From an uncultured Gemmatimonadaceae bacterium (GTDB taxonomy: Bacteria > Gemmatimonadota > Gemmatimonadetes > Gemmatimonadales > Gemmatimonadaceae): a stretch of 64,000 nt of DNA. The stretch lies in NCBI GenBank assembly GCA_963716745.1, contig OY970320.1, forward strand, positions 2,240,001 through 2,304,000, given 5' to 3'. Positions 61,939 to 64,000 of the stretch are shown here, piece after piece (the stretch's first letter is position 1; the number at the start of each line of letters is the position of its first letter). A model generated the notes under the pieces. It was not told the origin of the DNA. It searched no databases and worked only from the letters and a program-made list of their open reading frames with translations. The position numbers and the translations under genes were made by a program.

Positions 61939-64000
61939 ATGCTCGCGACACTTCTCCAAGACGCCCGTTACGCCCTTCGCGGCCTCCTCGCGCGGCGTGG
62001 CTTCAGTGCCATCATCGTCGCGACGCTTGCGCTCGGCATCGGCGCCAATGCGGCGATATTCTCGGTCGTGAATGCGGTCCTCATCCGGCCGCTCCCGTAT
62101 CGCGAGCCGGAACGGATCCTCACGCTGCAGCACGACGATCCATACTGGAACGTGTCGGAGCCCGAGTTCAAGGACTATGCCACGAGCGTGCCGGCGTTCT
62201 CGCGCGTGGCCGCGCTCACCGGCGGGTCGGGCACCCTCCAAATAGGCGACCAGCCCACGAAGGTCTCGGCCGCACGCGTGTCCGACGGGTTCTTCCAGAT
62301 CCTTGGCGTGACGCCGGCGCTGGGTCGCATTTTCGCTCCCGAGGAAGACCGCCCGACTGCGCCGCGCGTCGTGATCCTCAGTCACGCGCTCTGGGCGACG
62401 GCCATGGGCTCCGATCCCGCGGTGATCGGCAAGGAGCTCATTCTGAACGGCATCCCGCGCACGATCGTGGGCGTCATGCCATCGGATTTCGACTATCCGT
62501 CGCACGACGTCGCGATCTGGACGCCGCTCCGGCTCAATCCCGACAGTCTCTGGACGCGCAACAATCACTACCTCACGCTTCTCGCGCAGCTGCGCCCGGG
62601 CGTTGCGCGCGAACAGGCGCTCGCGCAATTGGTGGCGCTCGACCATCGGTGGATGACGGACTATCCCGGCATCTACCAGGCGGCGCATCCGATCGTGCCC
62701 GTGCTCGCACCGGTGCGCGAGAAGTTCGTCGGCGAATCGCGGCCGTATCTCATCGCGCTCATCGGCGCGGTGGGTTTCGTGCTCCTCGTCGCGTGCGTGA
62801 ACGTCGCGAACCTTCTGCTCGCGCGCGGCGAATCGCGCCGGCGCGAACTCGCCATTCGCGCCGCACTCGGCGCGTCGCGCCAGCGGCTCATCACGCAGGC
62901 GCTCACCGAGAGCGGGATGCTCGCGCTGGCGGGTGGCGGGCTCGGGCTCATCATCGCGGCGGTGAGCCAGCGCGCCTTGATCGCGCTCGCGCCGCCGCAG
63001 ATCCCGCGCCTCGAGAGCGCGCACGTTGACGGCGTCGTGCTTGGTGTTCACGCTCGCGGTCTCGCTGCTCACCGGCCTCGTGTTCGGTGTACTCCCCGCG
63101 CAGCGTGCCGCGGGCGGCGATCCGGCCGGCGCGCTGAAGGATGGCGGGAAGTCGCCGGCACAGCACGGTAGCACGCGATTCGCGCGGCGCGCGCTCGTGG
63201 TGTCGGAAGTGGCGCTCGCGGTGATGATGCTCATTGGCAGTGGGCTGATGCTGCGCAGCCTGTGGTCACTGCAAGCCACCGACCTGGGCTTCGACAAGGT
63301 GAGCGCGCTCACCGCGAAAATCTCACTGCCAGCGCAGTCGTACACGCCCGCGCGCCGAGTGCGCTTCTACGATGATCTCGTGGCGCGCCTCCGCGCCGCG
63401 CCCGGCGTGAAGCAGGTCGCGATGATGAACTGGACTCCGATCGTGGACGGCGAGGATGGCTGGTCCATCATGGTGGATGGCCGCGTGATCAAGAACATCG
63501 GCGACTCGCCTACCATCACGCCGCAGCAGGTGACGCCCGGTTATTTCCCGGCGATGGGCATCGGGCTCGTGAGCGGCCGCGTGTTCGACGAGCGCGACCG
63601 CATGGGCGCGCCGTACGTGTGCGTCGTGAACGAGACGCTCGCCAAGACACTCTGGCCCGGCGAGAACGCATTAGGTCACACGATCAAGATGTTTGACTCC
63701 GTCGCGCCGTGGGTGACCGTGGTGGGCGTGGTGAGAGACATCCGTTCGACGGGAGTGCAGGACAAGATCCCGCCCGTGGCGTTCTTCCCGTACGCACAGG
63801 CGGAGAGCAGCGCGTATTACACGCCCGCGAACATGACCGTGCTGGCGCGCACGAGCGGCGATCCGATCGCCCTCGCGGGCGTCGTGCGGCAGGCCGTGCA
63901 CGAGCTCGACGTGACTGTGCCCGTGAGTGATGTGCGCACGCTCGACGACGCCGTGGGTTCGGCATTCGCGGGGCGGCGTTTCAGCACGTTGCTTCTCGCG
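61939..64000 (+). CDS. ADOP-family ABC permease 4, divergent; frameshift near 63045; runs off the window
   Basis: [50 protein letters not shown]. Confidence 0.93.

Noticed and set aside
420..63345. Long antisense or alternate-frame ORFs (e.g. 420-1808, 13005-14795, 28298-30289, 49017-51353, 61867-63345)
   Set aside because: Arg/Ala-rich shadow ORFs expected at high GC, overlapping well-supported genes.

Overview
High-GC bacterial chromosomal segment of about 55 CDS. The gene content (ADOP permeases, DUF305/LVIVD pair, tricorn and S9 peptidases, many secreted proteins) suggests a Gemmatimonadota- or Acidobacteriota-like organism; this is an inference. I found no rRNA, tRNA, CRISPR array, integrase or transposase. 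More than 20 single-base frameshifts split otherwise intact genes, most likely long-read consensus errors. Main observations: (1) three unrelated families of intergenic palindromes, each with a pair of oppositely oriented copies bracketing a two-gene module; one family is 220-254 bp, exactly two-fold symmetric about GTT|AAC, with strand-specific G-T wobble mismatches; (2) a four-gene secreted cluster (10272-12282) alternating proteins with [IA]ITTPxI[TS]FxG repeats and paralogous two-Cys beta-rich proteins, a candidate fibre or amyloid system; (3) a two-component system next to a rhodanese, YeeE, YeeE-rhodanese, MOCOS-like operon, with a shared operator-like direct repeat; (4) a standalone Tat-type LanC-like protein; (5) three tandem ADOP permeases plus a fourth, three of which share an ECF-like AAC-N17-TGTC(C/G)AA motif upstream. 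All family assignments come from motif recognition, not database searches.
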